Source: Blastocladiella emersonii ATCC 22665 | Lineage: Eukaryota; Fungi; Blastocladiomycota | Direction of reading: 5' to 3' | Assembly: GCA_025594325.1 (NCBI GenBank) | Contig: JANHCV010000002.1 | Span: 2,542,001-2,606,000 of the forward strand | Length of the DNA stretch: 64,000 nt | In this document: piece by piece, positions 1 to 10,900 of the stretch | Layout: every line of letters starts with the position of its first letter | How positions within the stretch are numbered: the stretch's first letter is position 1 | The notes under the pieces: model-generated | Databases searched by the model: none | What the model was told of the DNA's origin: nothing | The model's input: the letters and a program-made list of their open reading frames with translations, nothing else | Translations under genes and position numbers: made by a program

Positions 1-630
1 GACAGGATCGAGCAGCTGCAGCACGCGGTAGTCGGTCTTGGCCGCGAGGTACGGCCGGTCAGGGCGGAACCCGCCCGGCTGCCCGTGGGACGGTGGGAGC
101 GCTGCAGTCGGCGGAACGAGCGTGCGCGTCGGGGTCACCGTCACGTTGACGACCGTGTCCGTCGTCGGCAGAAGCTCGGCGCCGTACGCGGCGACGGGGA
201 GGAACGTCGACGTGATGCGCTTGAACAGCGACTTGCACGGATCCGCCGGGCCTACTCGCTTTCTATCAGCATTTGCACCCATCATAGGAAATGAAAGAAT
301 AAGTAGCATACCAAAGCCGGAGAACGAGCCCTGAGCGGCAACCTTGGCCTCAATGTCGCTCGACGTGCGGCGGTTGCGGTACCACACCTTCCCGTCGGCC
401 GTGATCTCGAAGCGGTGCACCATGCTGAACCCGTCAAACCAATGTCGGATCTGCACGTCGCCCGCGTCGAATGTGACGGGACCCATGCGGTACAGCGCGC
501 CGGCGAGCCATGACGGGAGGCCTGTCGTGCCCGACTTTGCGGCGACGGGGAGCTTAATGGGCTCGCGCTGCTCGGGAACCGAGACGAACCCGGCGCGCAG
601 GCCAGTCGTTGGTGCTACTTTCGTTGGCAT
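1..630 (-). CDS. Carotenoid oxygenase (RPE65/CCD/BCO family), 5' part; runs off window start
   Basis: Manual translation from ATG at 630: MPTKVAP...GLPSWLAGALYRMGPVTFD...HWFDGFSMVHRFEITADGKVWYRNR...FG|PADPCKSLFKRITSTF...NVTV...KTDYRVLQLLDPV. These are hallmark CCD motifs. A 60-bp GT..AG intron lies at 252-311 (in frame, stop-free). Absent from the ORF track because no stop is reached inside the window. Confidence 0.9.
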   Translation of the reverse strand, partial: MPTKVAPTTGLRAGFVSVPEQREPIKLPVAAKSGTTGLPSWLAGALYRMGPVTFDAGDVQIRHWFDGFSMVHRFEITADGKVWYRNRRTSSDIEAKVAAQGSFSGFGMLLILSFPMMGANADRKRVGPADPCKSLFKRITSTFLPVAAYGAELLPTTDTVVNVTVTPTRTLVPPTAALPPSHGQPGGFRPDRPYLAAKTDYRVLQLLDPV

Positions 631-1997
631 TGTGATCTGACCCAAGTCGCTCAGATTGCGGCGTTGGTGCGTGGCAAGGGAGATGCGACGGATCCAGGCA
701 GTTGATATCGTTCCCAGGAGCCAATTCATTGCATCAAGTGCGAGAGCTGGGCATCGAGCTCCGCGTTGTCCCCGCGGTCTCGCCCAGGGAGCGCGCCAGG
801 AGTGCTCCACGACGCGTCGCGCCACACTCGCTGGCCAGCGAGCGGGCTGGAGATCACCCGCGCCGGTTAACGGTGGAATGGATTTCTCGTTTTTGGCACC
901 ACGTCGGGTCAGCGGTGGACGCGAGGTTTATCACCGCGTGAGGCGCCGCCCGCTTTCCCACTGCCGACCACCACGAAGCGAATGGAAGCACAGTCTAGAC
1001 CACGACGTACAACTTGATGCAACGGGTGTTTACCGCTGATTTGAACGAGCCTTGGGCGCCACGAGTGAGTCTTCGAGTACGCGACGCCACTGCAGTCAAC
1101 CGTACGCCGCCGCGGGGTTGCTTACGGCCGCCTCCACCTCGCAGGAAGCGGATCGGTTGCCTGAATCCTAAACGAAAGATGCAGGTTGAGCCGGATGACT
1201 TTGATAAATACGAGGCGTGCCGAGCGACGCTGTGGGCCGATCGGGAGAGCCTCGCGTTTTTCAACCGTTGACGCTGCTGTATGTGCTCCTCCGCTTCAAC
1301 TGTCCGAGTGACAGGAGACGCTGATGACCCACGCGTTTGGCGGGTAGGACCCGAGCGGCTCACACGATGTGCACGGCAAGCAAAGCCACACAGGATGCGA
1401 CAGGCAACCGAACAGCTTTCGATTGCCTGCATGTTCTCCTGTCGCCCTCGCTGATGTCGACCTGATCTGTACACCGCGTATGCGGCTTTACGCCCGTCCT
1501 GTTAACGAGCTTTCCTAGTGGAGGGTCTCCGCGTCGCACAAGACAAGCAACAATGTGCGTGTGCTCGTGGGTTTCTGCGCGACACAGAGTGTTACACAAT
1601 TGCGTTACCGAGAAGAAACGCTTTGGCTGCAGCTCAACTCTCACCCACCTTCCTGCACCGCGCTGTGTAGGCCGCACTCGCTCGGGCGCCGTGAAATGAC
1701 CGCGTCGCCCGCGCGAGTGCGGCCCTCTGTACAATCTCATGGTCGCAGCGCGGTGCACGCTGGTTGCGGTGGGAGCTTTGGGCGCGGGGCGGCGTTTGTC
1801 GATTGCGTGCTCCTACCATGATTTGGAATATAGAAAGCAGGGTACTCGGAGCGGTACTCGAGGAGATCGGTGCGCGCGTCTGCAGCAGCAGCCAAAGACG
1901 CGTCGCGCCACTCACGTTCTGCTTCCTCGCACGAATTTCGAGAAACTCGCCGCGAAAACAACTCAACAACTCACTACATAAGGTTCAAAACTACATC

Positions 1998-4900
1998 TCA
2001 CATGGCCCACGGAAGCAGGCCCTCCATCTTGACCGTCTCGCCCTCGGGCGTGCGCCGCTCGCTGAGGTGGACGCGCGCGAGCGACCCGTCGCCCGCGGGC
2101 CGCAGCTGCATGACGGCGACATACCCCTCGCGGTGCGCGAGCTTCTGGATCTCGTTGTTCGGCCCGCCCATGGTCGCGCGGATCGCCGCGCGGTCGTCGG
2201 CGTAAAGGTGCCAGAACGCCTCGTCGTACACCGCCATGACGATCACGCGGAACGCGGGCGCCGTCTTGCCGTCGACGAGCGACTTGATCGTGTCGATGAG
2301 CGACGTGCGCCACACGGTGCTCGTCAGCGTGCGGTGCGTCGGGTCAGCGGCGCCGTCGTGGTGGATCTGCCACGCGTCGCGCACCCGCTCGTGCGTGTCG
2401 AACAGCCAGTGCTGGACCGCCGGCTGGTGCTGCGCGTCGGGCCCGTTGCCGCCGCTGACAATATCAATGGCCACGACGTGCAGCCCGCGCCACACGGACC
2501 GCGTCGCGTCGACCTGGTTCTTGACGTCGACAATCGCGATATCGTTGACGGCGACCACCACGTCGCCCTGCTTGCGCGCCTTCTCGCTGAGCCCCTGCGA
2601 CAGCACGCGCAGCTTGTACCGCTTCGGGCACTCGAGCGCGCAGTGGTTGGGCAGGTCGGTCGACTCCATTTCCGCGTCGCACATGGGGCAGCTGACGCGG
2701 TGGAACTTGCACTCGTGCTGCAGGTGGTGCTGCACCGACCACCGCTTGACCGACGCCTCGCACCCGGCGCGCGCGTTGGGACACGGCCAGTCAAAGTCGA
2801 GCTGCTTGCACGGCGGGTGCTTGGCCGTCCCGACCACGAGGTGCTCCATGAGCCGCCCGAGCGGCATGTCGGGGGAGCCGCACCGCATCGGGCACGGCAC
2901 GACGACGGCGTCCGAGGCGCCCGCGAGCGACAAGGTCTTCATCGTCGTGGTCGTGTTGGGCGTCTGGGAACCGCACGCGTGTGAGTTGGCGGGTTTGCAA
3001 TCGCCGCCGACGAGGTGGGCGAGCCAGTCCCGGTACGACGCAATGGCGCCCGAGCTGCACCGCGTGCACATCGCCTGCTTCTTGGCGGCACCCAAGAGCA
3101 GCGACGACTCGCATGCGTGCAGCCAGTGGTCGACGAGGTCCGCCGAGGCCACGAGCGCGGTGCACGACCCGACGCCGCACGGCACCCTGCGCGCCGGGCA
3201 GCCCAGTACCAGGTGCTTGACCAGATGGCTGCGCGGGAACGTGGCCGCGCACTGGTCGCACCGCGCGGGCGCGTGGCGCTCGGGGCAGGCGAGCCGCATG
3301 TGGCGTCCGAGCTTGCCGCGCGACTCGCGCGCCGGGCAGAACCAGCACGCGACCGTCGCGTACGCGCACTCAACGACCGCGTGGTGCGTCGTCATGAGGA
3401 GCGGGACCGCGTCGGACTGGGAGGCGGGGCAGACGGCCGTGTGCGGGCACGGCACGCGCGCGTCGATGCACTCGGTCACGGCGTGGATGTGGTGCGTGCC
3501 GGGCGCGTACGCGATGTCGCAGTTTGGGTGAGGGCATCGCACGATGCCGAGCGAGCACTTGAACGCGACGTGCAGCGCCTCCTCGTGCGGCGCGTCAAAC
3601 GAGTGGCCGCACAGGTTGCGGCACGGCAGGCCGACGGTGGCCGGCTCGCGGACGAGCAGCGAGCCCGCGACGAGGCGGTGGACGGCCTCGAGGTACAGCG
3701 GGTGCGACGGGTCCATGCCGAGCCGCGCCAGCTCCGACGACAGCGCGCGCGCCGGGTCGCTGCCGAGATCGAGGTCGTGGCCCACGATCGCGTCCGGGTC
3801 GACGGGCCGCGCGAGCGGCGGCAGCAGAATGTGGTGCGCGACGAGGTGCTCAAACTCGTCCATCTTGACGTACTCGGGCGCGGGACAGCCCTCGATCGAA
3901 CAGGCGACGCGGTACGCGGGGCAGTCTTGGTTCAGGTGGCGGACGAGCCCGCCGACCACGTTCTCGGAACAGTGCGGGCAGCGCACGACCTTGGTCGCGC
4001 ACTCGAGCAACAGGTGTGCGTTGAGGTCCTTGATCGGCAGCACGGCGTCGCACCCGGGCGAGGGGCACGGTGCTGTCACCGTCGTCGCGTTCGGGCAGGC
4101 CGTGAGCAGGTGCGTGAACATGGCGCTGGTCGCGCCGCCCACCACCAACACGCCGCAGCCGGGCGTCGGGCAGCGGCGCTCAAAGTTGGCGCACGTGTCG
4201 AGGTGCGCGCCAAAGGCGCCCCACGACTTGATCAGCGCGCCGCAGCCGTGCGGGCACGGCACGGTAGCGTCCTCGGCGATCGTGACGGCGGAGGGGTCGC
4301 ACACCGCGAGCAGCGCGGGCGAGCCGTTGGCGTCGCAGCAGCCACCACCGGGCAGCACGATTTTGGGTGTCGTCCCGTCGGGCCCGTGGTGCAGCGAAAG
4401 GGCGCCGCACGCGCTGCCCGTCGCGGGCGCGAGCAGGGCCTTGGCGCAGGTGCGGAGGTGCGCGACGAGGGCCTCGTCGTCGGGCAGCGACTCGTCGCAG
4501 AACCGGCACCGCCCGCTGTACACGTTGGGCAGGATGCGCGTCTTGAACAGCTGGCGGACACACCCGGGCACGTTGCACGGCACCGACGGCTTGCACTCGC
4601 GGCGGTGCGCCTCCTCGTTCTGTCGGAGGTAGATGCCGGTGCACCGCGCGCACGTCGTCCAGCACGCCTCGCGCGAGTGTCGCAGCAGCCGCGCCTCGAC
4701 CGTGTCACCGTCCACGTACGGCACCATCTCGGCGCACCGCGTGCACTTGATGTCGCGGCGGGCGCACTCGTACGTCTCGTGGACCTCGCGGTCGCGCGCG
4801 ACGACCGACGCGCGGCAGAAGGTGCACGCGACAATGTTCTTGGCGCACACGTGCTGCAGGTGCGCGGCCATGGCGCCCGCGGGCACCAGCGCGCCGCACC

Positions 4901-7900
4901 CGGCCTTGGCGCACTTTTCGACGGACTTAACGACGGCGGGGCAGTCGACCTTGAGGTGGAAATTGACGTCGAGCACCTCGGTCGCGCAGTGCGGGCACGC
5001 CGTGCGCGTGCGCTCGTCGAGCTTGGCCATCTCCTTGCACCCGCTCGCGCGGTGCGAGTCCACGGCGTCGCGCGCGACCATGCCGTCGCACGCCACGCAC
5101 CGCACGAGCGCCTTGGGGCACACGGCCGAGTGCGCGTCGACCGTCGGGTCGGCACTCACGACGGCCTGGAAGCACGCGGGGCACCGCGTCGTGGGCGGGG
5201 CGCTGGCCGGCGGCGCGGGCGGCGCGCTCGCCATGGCGTCGGTCGCCTCCTGCAGCTCCTTGCGCAGCTCGGCCGCCGCGTCCTGCTCTTTCGCGGAGGC
5301 GCTGTTCGGGAGCATGGGGATGCGCGAGCCCGGCGGCGTCTGCACCTTGGGCGGCTCGGGCTCCGTCGAGCACTCGCCGTCGACCCACGGGTAGTACTGG
5401 CCGACCGATGCCGCCGCGTCCGTCTTCTCGCTGTAGTCGGCAGCGAGCAGCGTCACGAGCACGTCGGCGAGGACCCGCAGGAAATTGCCGCTGGTCGACA
5501 CCTTGAGCCCAAACTTGAACTCGGTGCCCAGAATCACGGCGTGCACGTTGAGGTACGCCTGCGCGCCCGCGTCGCCGCTCGCCGCGTCGACCTGGATGCC
5601 GCCCCCGAAATGGATCGAGTGCACGTCGATGAGCGCGGCCGTGAGCTTGGCGAGGACCGACGTGACGAAGCTGATGGCCTTGCCCGCAAGGTCCACGACA
5701 AACGACACGGCGCTCAGGAGCGCGCTGCCGAGCGCGTAGAAGAACCCAATGCTCGAGTTGCGGCGCTTCTCGTCCAGCTTGTCCTTGGCGGCCTTGAGCG
5801 CCGCCTTGCTCGTGTCCACGAACCCCCTGCACGCGTCGCCCAGAATCTGGAACAGGCACTGCACGAGGCCGGCCGACCCGAGCGTGCCGTCGGCGTTCTT
5901 GGTCGCGCCGAACAGGCGCAGGTTGAGCCCGATCTCGGACGGCACCATGAGCAGCCGCGCCGGCGGGAACGCCTCCTCGACCATGGGCTGCACCGCGGGC
6001 GGGACGAGCGACTGGAACCCGAGCACGAAAAAGCCCGACAGGCAGATGGCGGACTGCGCGCCCGACAGCATGATGGTGGCGGCGAGCGTGAACCGCGTGC
6101 GGCCCGTCTTGGGGTGCCGCTTGAGCTGCGCGCGGCACTCGACGGCGAGCTTGACGAACAGGTCGAGGTGGATGTAGGCGGCGAAATCAAACTCGAGCAG
6201 GCCCTTGGCCGTGTCGAGCTCGAGCGTGCACTTCATGGCCGCGGCGAGGTCGTGGCTACTGCCCGCGAGCACGAGGCGCCCGCCGAGCCACTTGACGGCC
6301 GACAGCGTCGCGTCGAAATGGACGAGCGCCGTGGGCAGCGACGCGAGCGACACCGCAGACTTCTTGGGATCGAGACCCGTCGCAATGGCGCTGCCCTCGA
6401 TCTTGGCCTCCATCCCGAAAAACGACAGCTCGCACCGCGCGGCAATCGCCATGCTGCCCGCCTCGAGCGCCTTGTTGTCGATGAGGTACTGGCGCATGCT
6501 GCCCTTGTCCGAAGACGTGCTGCCGCTGCTCATGTCGGGCAGCGCGCTCACGTCGGCGTGGGCCGTCGGGTCGAGCTTGAAGAAAAGCTCGAGGTGCTTG
6601 ATGCCCGGCAGCACCCGCTCGACCCACGCGAGCCCGCGCAGGAGCGCGCTGTTCTCGCCGACAAACGGCGCGAGCAGGCCCGTGAACGACACGTCCTTGG
6701 CAACCGAATAAAAGAACTTGAGCGGGGGCAGCTTGAGCGACACAGCGCCCAGGACGGGGTACGACATGGCCGGGTCGTGGATCTTGAGCCCGCCCGAGAA
6801 GCACACGCTCGGCTTGGCCTCGCCCAGCTCGATGCCGAGGCGCAGGCCCTTGAGGTAGATGCTGCGCAGCGCGTCGGCGAGGTCGCCCAGCGCGATCCAC
6901 GCCTTGGCCGCCGCGGGCTCGAGCGAAATGTCGGCCTTGAGCACGAGCGGCGAGACGCCCAGCGTGGCGGCGAGCGAGCCCGCGAACCGCGCCCACGGCT
7001 TGCCGTCCACGCGGATCGTCATGGCGACGGCCACGTCAATGTCGGTCCGCGTCAGCGTGAGCTTGTTGGCGTCAAACTTGATGCCCTCCCCCAAATCGAT
7101 GGGCGGCAGGAACCCGTGCACGGCAAACACCTCGCCGAGCTGCAGCACGCCCTGGACGGACTTGCCGTCGAGGCCGAGCGGCTGCCACAGCGCGCCCTCG
7201 AGCCGCAGGCGCAGGCTCGACTGCACGTTGAAGCCCTTGCCCGTGTACTTGCCGCCGCCCTTGCCCGCCTTGGCGAGCTCCTCGGCCGTGACGAGCGGCG
7301 GGTCCTGCTTGGCCGACCACTTGGGCAGCTGCTTGAGGATGATGTCCGTCACGTCATCGTCGTCGATGTCGACCTTTTTGGCGGCGTCCTTTTTCTCGAC
7401 GGCGGTGGTTGCGGTCGTGGTGGCGGGATCGCTCGGCAACGACAATGGCTCCTTGGCCGAGTCGGCGGAGGCGGCGCTGCTCGCGGTCTCGATCCAGTTG
7501 TAGCGCATGTCGAGCCACACGAGGTCCAGCTGGACGGGCGACATGTCGAGCACGTCCTTGACCACGTCGGGGAGCGACGCGTTGACCAGGTCGGTGAGCG
7601 CCGTGGACCCGTCGGCGGCCGCCTCGGGGAGGCACGCGACGCGTACGCCGAGCTTGCCGTCCTGGACGCGGCACATGACGGCGACGGGCACCTCGAGGTG
7701 CGAGAGCGTGCACCCGACGACGAACGTGAAGGTCGACTTGGACAACTTCGCGACATCCTCGGCGGCGGCGGTGCCGCGGTCAAAGGCGAGGCCGATCGTG
7801 TAGATGCGGACCGAGAGCAGCTCGGACAGCAGCTTCTCGACCGACGCGTCAGCCGTGAAACTCGAGTCAATGGCCTGGATGAGCATGAGCGCCGTGAGCG

Positions 7901-10900
7901 GCTTGGGCTTGAGCGCGCGGCCGAGGATCAGCACGTTGCCCGCGGTCGTGACGCTGCCGGCGAGCGCAATCTCCTGCTCCTCGAGCGCGCGGCTGTTGAA
8001 CAGCGCGCCCGGGTTGTTGACGAGGATGCCGAACCGCGTTGGCGCGCGCTTGGGCGCAACGGTAGCGACGGCCGTCGGGGTAGACGCGGGACCGGCCGAC
8101 TTGAGCTGGATGTTGACGCACAGCGCAATGGCGGCGCCGTTGAGACGCGGGTGCAGCGCGCCACTCGACTCGGCGAGCGAGACCTGGATGAGGACCTCGC
8201 CGGCACCGGCCTCGAACAGCTTCTCGAGTCCGGGCGGCAGCGACGGCTTCTTGGCGAGCGCGACAACGGCGGCGGCGGCGGCAGCTGCCGTGTCGTCAGT
8301 CTTGTCGGCGTCGTTCTTGGCGACTACGAGCTGCTGCTGCTGCGCCGCGTCGGCGGCGGCAGTCTCCTCCTCCTTCTTGCCGCCCTCGTCCGTCTGCTCG
8401 TCAGCCGATGACTCGCCCTCCTTTTTGCCGTCAGCATCGTCGTCGTCAGTGGATCGGTCGAGAACCGCGAGGTACTTTTTCTGCATGGGCTGCTTCATGG
8501 CGAGGATGCGGAGGTTGGCCTTGGCGCCGAGGCCGTCGAGGACGGGCGCGATCTTGACCAGCTTGGCGTGCGACACGACGGCCTGCCCGCGGAGCGCCCA
8601 GTCGTCGAGCGAGCCCTGCACGCGGAACATGGTGGCGGCGACCGAGAACTTGATGTCATCGAGCAGCGTCAGCTCGCCCTCGGCCTGGTACACGTCCACG
8701 GGGATCTTGGCGGGCGCGGCCGAGTCGGCGCCGGCGGCCGTCTGCTTCTGCTCCTTGGCCGACGCGGTGCTGGCCGACGACTCAGCTGCCGACGTGGTCG
8801 CCGCAGACTTGGACTTGGACTTGGACTCGGCAGGATTCGCGGCGGCGTCAGCGGCGCCCTCCTTCTCAGGACCTGCAGCGGCAGCGGCGTCGGGGTCCTT
8901 GACCTCGTCGAGCTGCTTGTACGTGAGCCGGACCTTGTCGAGGGACAGCTGCACGCTGTCGCCGATCCCGAACAGCACCGCGAGGTCGACGTTGCTGATC
9001 TCGGCGACGAACGCGTTGCCCGAGGTCGGCGAGCGGAGCACGAGCATCGAGAAGGCGGCCTTCTTACCCGTGTCGTCGTCCCACTTGGTCGCGAGGTCCG
9101 AGGTGGCGGCGTAGGTGATGGCGAGCAGCGACGAGCGCGGCGGGAGGTCCTCGGCCTCGTCGTCATCGGCCTTGGCGGGCGCATCAAGCTGCCCCGCCGC
9201 AGCCGGACGACGGGCGATCGCGTTGGAGCGCGGGCGCGTGACATTGTCGATCGAGCGGTCCACGGCGTTGGCGCGTGGGCGCGTCAATGTCGCAGTCGCG
9301 GTCTCGTTGGCGGCGGGCGAGGACGAGGATGAAGAGGTCGAGGAGGTCGTGGGCGGCACCGAGGAGCTGCGCGGGCGGCGTGCCACCGATTTCTGCAACG
9401 AGGGGTCCGACGACGGTTCGGCGGCGGGCGCGATGCTCGGCGCGTCCGTGTCGCTGCCGGTCTGCTTGTCAGCCTCGCCGACCTGCTTCTCGGCGGCAGC
9501 CCCGGCCTCCTGCTCCTGCTTCTTCTTCTTCTTGGCCTCCTGGTCGTCGTCATGGCTGGCGATCAGCTTGAGCAGGCCCTCGGTCGAGATCGGGTCGGTC
9601 GCGTCCTTGATAATGAAGGGCTTCTTGGGGTCGGCGAGCTTGAACCACGACAGGTACCGGACCACGAGCTGCGCCTTGCCCTTGGGCAGGAGGAACTGCA
9701 GCCACTCGGGCGACACCTCGTACAGGTTGGCGCCCGCAACACCGAACGACACGTCGAGCATGCGGCGCGGGACCCAGCACGCGCGCGCGGCGACAGCAAC
9801 CTGGTGCGGATCAGCCGCGACCGTGGTCTTCTTCTCAATACTCGTCTCCTTGGTCTCGGTCAGCGAGCTGATGGCGGTGGTGGTCGCCGAGGTGGTCGAG
9901 GTCACGACGTGCGGCGCAGCGGCAGCGACAGCGTCGGCCCACGCGAGCTCAAGCATGCCGTTGAACTCGGCGACCGTCGGCCCGTCGAGCGGGACCGCGA
10001 TGGTCGCGTTGGCGGCGCCGTGCAGCGACATGAGCGGGTGCCCGTCCTGCAGCGCGATCGTGTGGTCGAACTCGACCTCGGCGCGGCCGGCACCGCGGAC
10101 CTTCCACAGGCTCTCCTCCTGCTTCTCGGCCGCCGTCGAGCTTGCGGCCGCGTCGACCGTCTTGGCCAGATTGGGCTCGGGCGACGCCGCAGCCGAATTT
10201 TCGGCGGTCTCCTTCTGCTTGTTGGACGCCAGGCGGACGACGTCGATCTCGAGGCTCGCGGCCGTGAGGCGTAGGACCTCGCTGCTTGAGGGCACGGCGA
10301 GGTTGACGGAGCCAAAGCGCTTGAGTGCGCGCGCGACGGCCTTGCTGCCCTTGGCCTTGAGGGACAGCGACCAGTGGTGGTCCTCGCCCTCGTCGGGCGC
10401 GTAGGCCAGCATCACCGTGGCGGCGTGGACCGCGCGCGTCTTGGGTTTCTCCTCCGACTGCTGCTCCGTGTCCGACGTCTTGGCCACCGCAGCGGGCGAT
10501 GACGAGGCGAGGGACTCGTCGTTGGCGGGCGGGAGCGAATCGGGCGGCTTGGCGAGCGAGGGCGACTCGGGCTTCTCGTTGTTGGTGGACTCGAGCGCGG
10601 GCGCAGAGGTGGGCGACGAGGGCGACTTGGCGTCGCCGTCGCCGTCGTCCGAGTCGGGCTCGGCGATCTTGAGCGTCAGCTCGGCGGCGGCGAGGCTCGG
10701 CTTGAAGCTCTTGAACACGAAGCGCGCTGAGCCGCTGCACTCGTCGAGGCCGAACGTCGCGGGCGCGTCGTCGCCGCCGCTGCCGTCTTTCTTCGTCTCG
10801 GCCGACGGCAACGACGCAGATGCCGTTGCGTTCGGCTCGGCGGCGTCGACAGAGGGTGGCGCAGGCGCGGGAGCACTCGGCTCGCCAGCGGCCGACGGCG

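Noticed and set aside
640-1997. Short ORFs in the gap between the oxygenase and the giant gene (e.g. 1014-1271, 1737-1961)
   Set aside because: No codon bias, domain motifs or consistent splice structure.
3015-8411. 1798-aa plus-strand ORF, and similar long ORFs such as 59754-62246, 13791-15014 and 27623-28897
   Set aside because: Antisense shadows of strongly GC3-biased genes. TTA/CTA/TCA codons are rare on the sense strand, so the opposite frame lacks stops. They are Arg/Gly/Ala-rich with no recognisable domains.
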